Source: Isurus oxyrinchus
Lineage: Eukaryota
Length of the DNA: 64,000 nt
Assembly: GCA_026770705.1 (NCBI GenBank)
Contig: JANJGN010000189.1
Location: 620,001-684,000 of the forward strand
Reading direction: 5' to 3'
Shown: positions 63,157-64,000 of the stretch, in pieces
Layout: each line of letters starts with the position of its first letter
Numbering within the stretch: the stretch's first letter is position 1
The notes under the pieces: generated by a model
Databases searched by the model: none
What the model saw: the letters and a program-made list of their open reading frames with translations, nothing else
Told to the model about the DNA's origin: nothing
Program-made: the position numbers and the translations under genes

Positions 63157-63297
63157 CCAGGACTTGTCCGACTGCTCGCCTGGGGAGGAACTGCCCACAC
63201 GCTCTGCTTGGGCTGAATGACCTCTTCCTGTGCTGCTCCCTCTGTGTGTTTAATTAGAAAGGGTTGATGTGTCACTGTGAGATAAAATGAGGAAGTG
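63157..63297 (-). promoter_or_regulatory. Gene B: 5' non-coding exon and proximal promoter with a PU.1/ETS site
   Basis: Donor CTGG|gtaagt at 63156; AAAATGAGGAAGTG at 63284-63297. Confidence 0.6.
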
Positions 63298-64000
63298 GGT
63301 AACCAGTGAGAAGATCGAGGATGTTTTGTGCTCTCAGCAAAACGTTTACCATGTGATGATCTGTCAGCTCATATTTGGGCAGCTGTAGTCATCAAGCTTC
63401 TCCATTGGCTCCGTGGGATTAGACTCCTCCCCCTCACCTCGGAGGCTGAAACTCAGGCGATAAGAGTTCCCAATACAGGTCTCTGGCCTTATGATACATT
63501 TCAACGATCCCTGTTATCATTACGGAGGGAGTGCTGCACTGTCAGCGGCACTGTACTGTGGGAGTGCTGCACTATCAGAGGGTCAGTAATGTGGGAGGGC
63601 TGCACGGTCAGAGAGTCAGTAATGTGGGAGTGCTGCAACATCAGAGGGTCAGTAATGAGGGAGTGCTGCACTATCAGAGGGTAAATAATGTGGGAGTGCT
63701 GAACTGTCGGTGGGTCTGTACTGAGTGGGTTCCACACAGTTGGAGGGTCAGTATTGAGGGGGTGCCGGACTGTGGGAGGGTTAGTACTGAGGTAGAGTGG
63801 AGTGTGAGGAGATATCCTTTCATGGCAGAGTTTAACTGGAATTTATTTAAACACAATTCTTGTACTGTGTGTTATTGCAAAAGAAAGGATTTGAGGAACT
63901 AAGTCTTGTTCCCATAACCCTAAAAATAATTTTCACAGATTTCAATGATTTAGCTTTGAAACTTGCCTCTTTGGGCACCAGTCTTGATTGAAACAACTCG

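Overview
Repeat-rich vertebrate genomic DNA, most likely a cartilaginous fish (inferred from Deu-domain SINE, CR1, L2 and Penelope repeats and their minisatellites). It holds a minus-strand cluster of Siglec-like (MAG/CD22/CD33-related) receptor genes, reconstructed here from GT-AG boundaries and exon phases. Gene B (~63.3-37.9 kb): non-coding exon, signal exon, THREE V-set exons, C2, at least one stalk Ig, a MAG-type membrane-proximal Ig, TM and a tyrosine-motif tail. Gene A (~34.15-16.1 kb): signal, one V-set with the essential Arg, C2, eight tandem stalk Ig exons (three inactivated), TM and an ITIM + TEYAQI tail. Gene C (~8.7-7.5 kb) is a divergent MAG-like pseudogene fused to a Gypsy fragment. 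A first exon encoding a signal peptide of an unidentified gene lies at ~1.8-1.95 kb. Most interesting signal: the two internal V domains of gene B replace the signal-completing VGLS with a DEPS linker and gain a B-C-loop Cys at nearly the position C2 uses for the Siglec interdomain disulfide. This suggests a disulfide-chained V-V-V Siglec, although its outer V exon carries a stop codon and lacks the essential Arg. Three N gaps limit certainty. Most listed ORFs are spurious or TE-derived; repeat boundaries are approximate.
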